DNA of 64,000 nucleotides from a plasmid. The notes under the pieces were generated by a model that saw only the letters and a list, made by a program, of their open reading frames with translations, searched no databases and had not been told where the DNA came from. A program made the position numbers and the translations under genes. The DNA lies in sequence record NZ_CP011600.1. One strand, given 5' to 3'. Below, piece by piece: positions 63,115 through 64,000 of the stretch; position 1 is the stretch's first letter, and the number at the start of each line of letters is the position of its first letter.

Positions 63115-64000
<886 letters not shown>

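Overview
This window reads as a mosaic accessory region of an Enterobacteriaceae plasmid or genomic island, dominated by heavy-metal resistance genes and insertion sequences. It is probably a Klebsiella/Enterobacter-type large plasmid. All calls below come from reading the sequence and ORF translations and recognising protein families; no database searches were run.

Module order along the window:
- 1-2.6 kb: AT-rich stretch carrying a lone protein with a C-terminal HNH endonuclease motif, then a DUF305 protein.
- 2.7-26.5 kb: a complete silver/copper island, silE-silSR / silCFBA-silG(ORF105)-silP, then pcoG (M23 peptidase), a pcoE-like gene (pcoE1) split by an IS66-family element with 8-bp target duplications, and pcoABCDRSE. 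Recognisable copper-box palindromes sit upstream of the regulated genes.
- 26.7-28.2 kb: two type II toxin-antitoxin pairs, parDE and vapBC (vagCD).
- 28.4-33.7 kb: AT-rich c-di-GMP locus. An EAL-HDOD protein and a GAF-GGDEF cyclase are separated by roughly 400-860-bp intergenic regions that hold two paralogous small proteins and an 80-aa ORF.
- 33.9-35.2 kb: a 1327-bp IS1111-group element (IS5075/IS4321-like) sitting precisely inside a 38-bp Tn21-family terminal inverted repeat. Three more identical copies occur at 38.35, 56.3 and 60.9 kb, in the same orientation and at the same position within each IR.
- 35.3-38.2 kb: arsC, arsB, arsR and divergent arsH.
- 38.3-44.4 kb: a Tn21-family transposon with lead-resistance cargo, IR-pbrR-pbrA-pbrBC-res-tnpR, with tnpA cut off after 18 bp by IS26.
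- 44.4-46.4 kb: IS26, a 3'-truncated EAL gene, and an internally deleted IS1.
- 46.4-49.6 kb: a three-gene minus-strand cluster of serine recombinase, a 475-aa unknown protein and a RecX-like protein. Repeat-rich AT-rich DNA flanks it on both sides.
- 49.6-52.6 kb: decayed plasmid maintenance remnants (frameshifted sprT-like gene, truncated nuc, impC-impA with impB missing), followed by a 300-bp ORF-free structured region ending in a strong terminator and a convergent 180-aa unknown ORF.
- 53-55.8 kb: a solo Tn3-type IR, a GNAT acetyltransferase, a 151-bp IS1 end fragment abutting a complete IS1 that truncates an IS3-family orfB, and a GFA-family protein.
- 56.3-60.9 kb: an IR-bounded module of resolvase, three small coupled ORFs, a cupin and a HEPN/MNT (HepT/MntA) toxin-antitoxin pair, with no tnpA.
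- 60.9-64 kb: an IR followed by merR-merT-merP-merF-merA', running off the window end.

No CRISPR arrays, rRNA or tRNA genes were seen.
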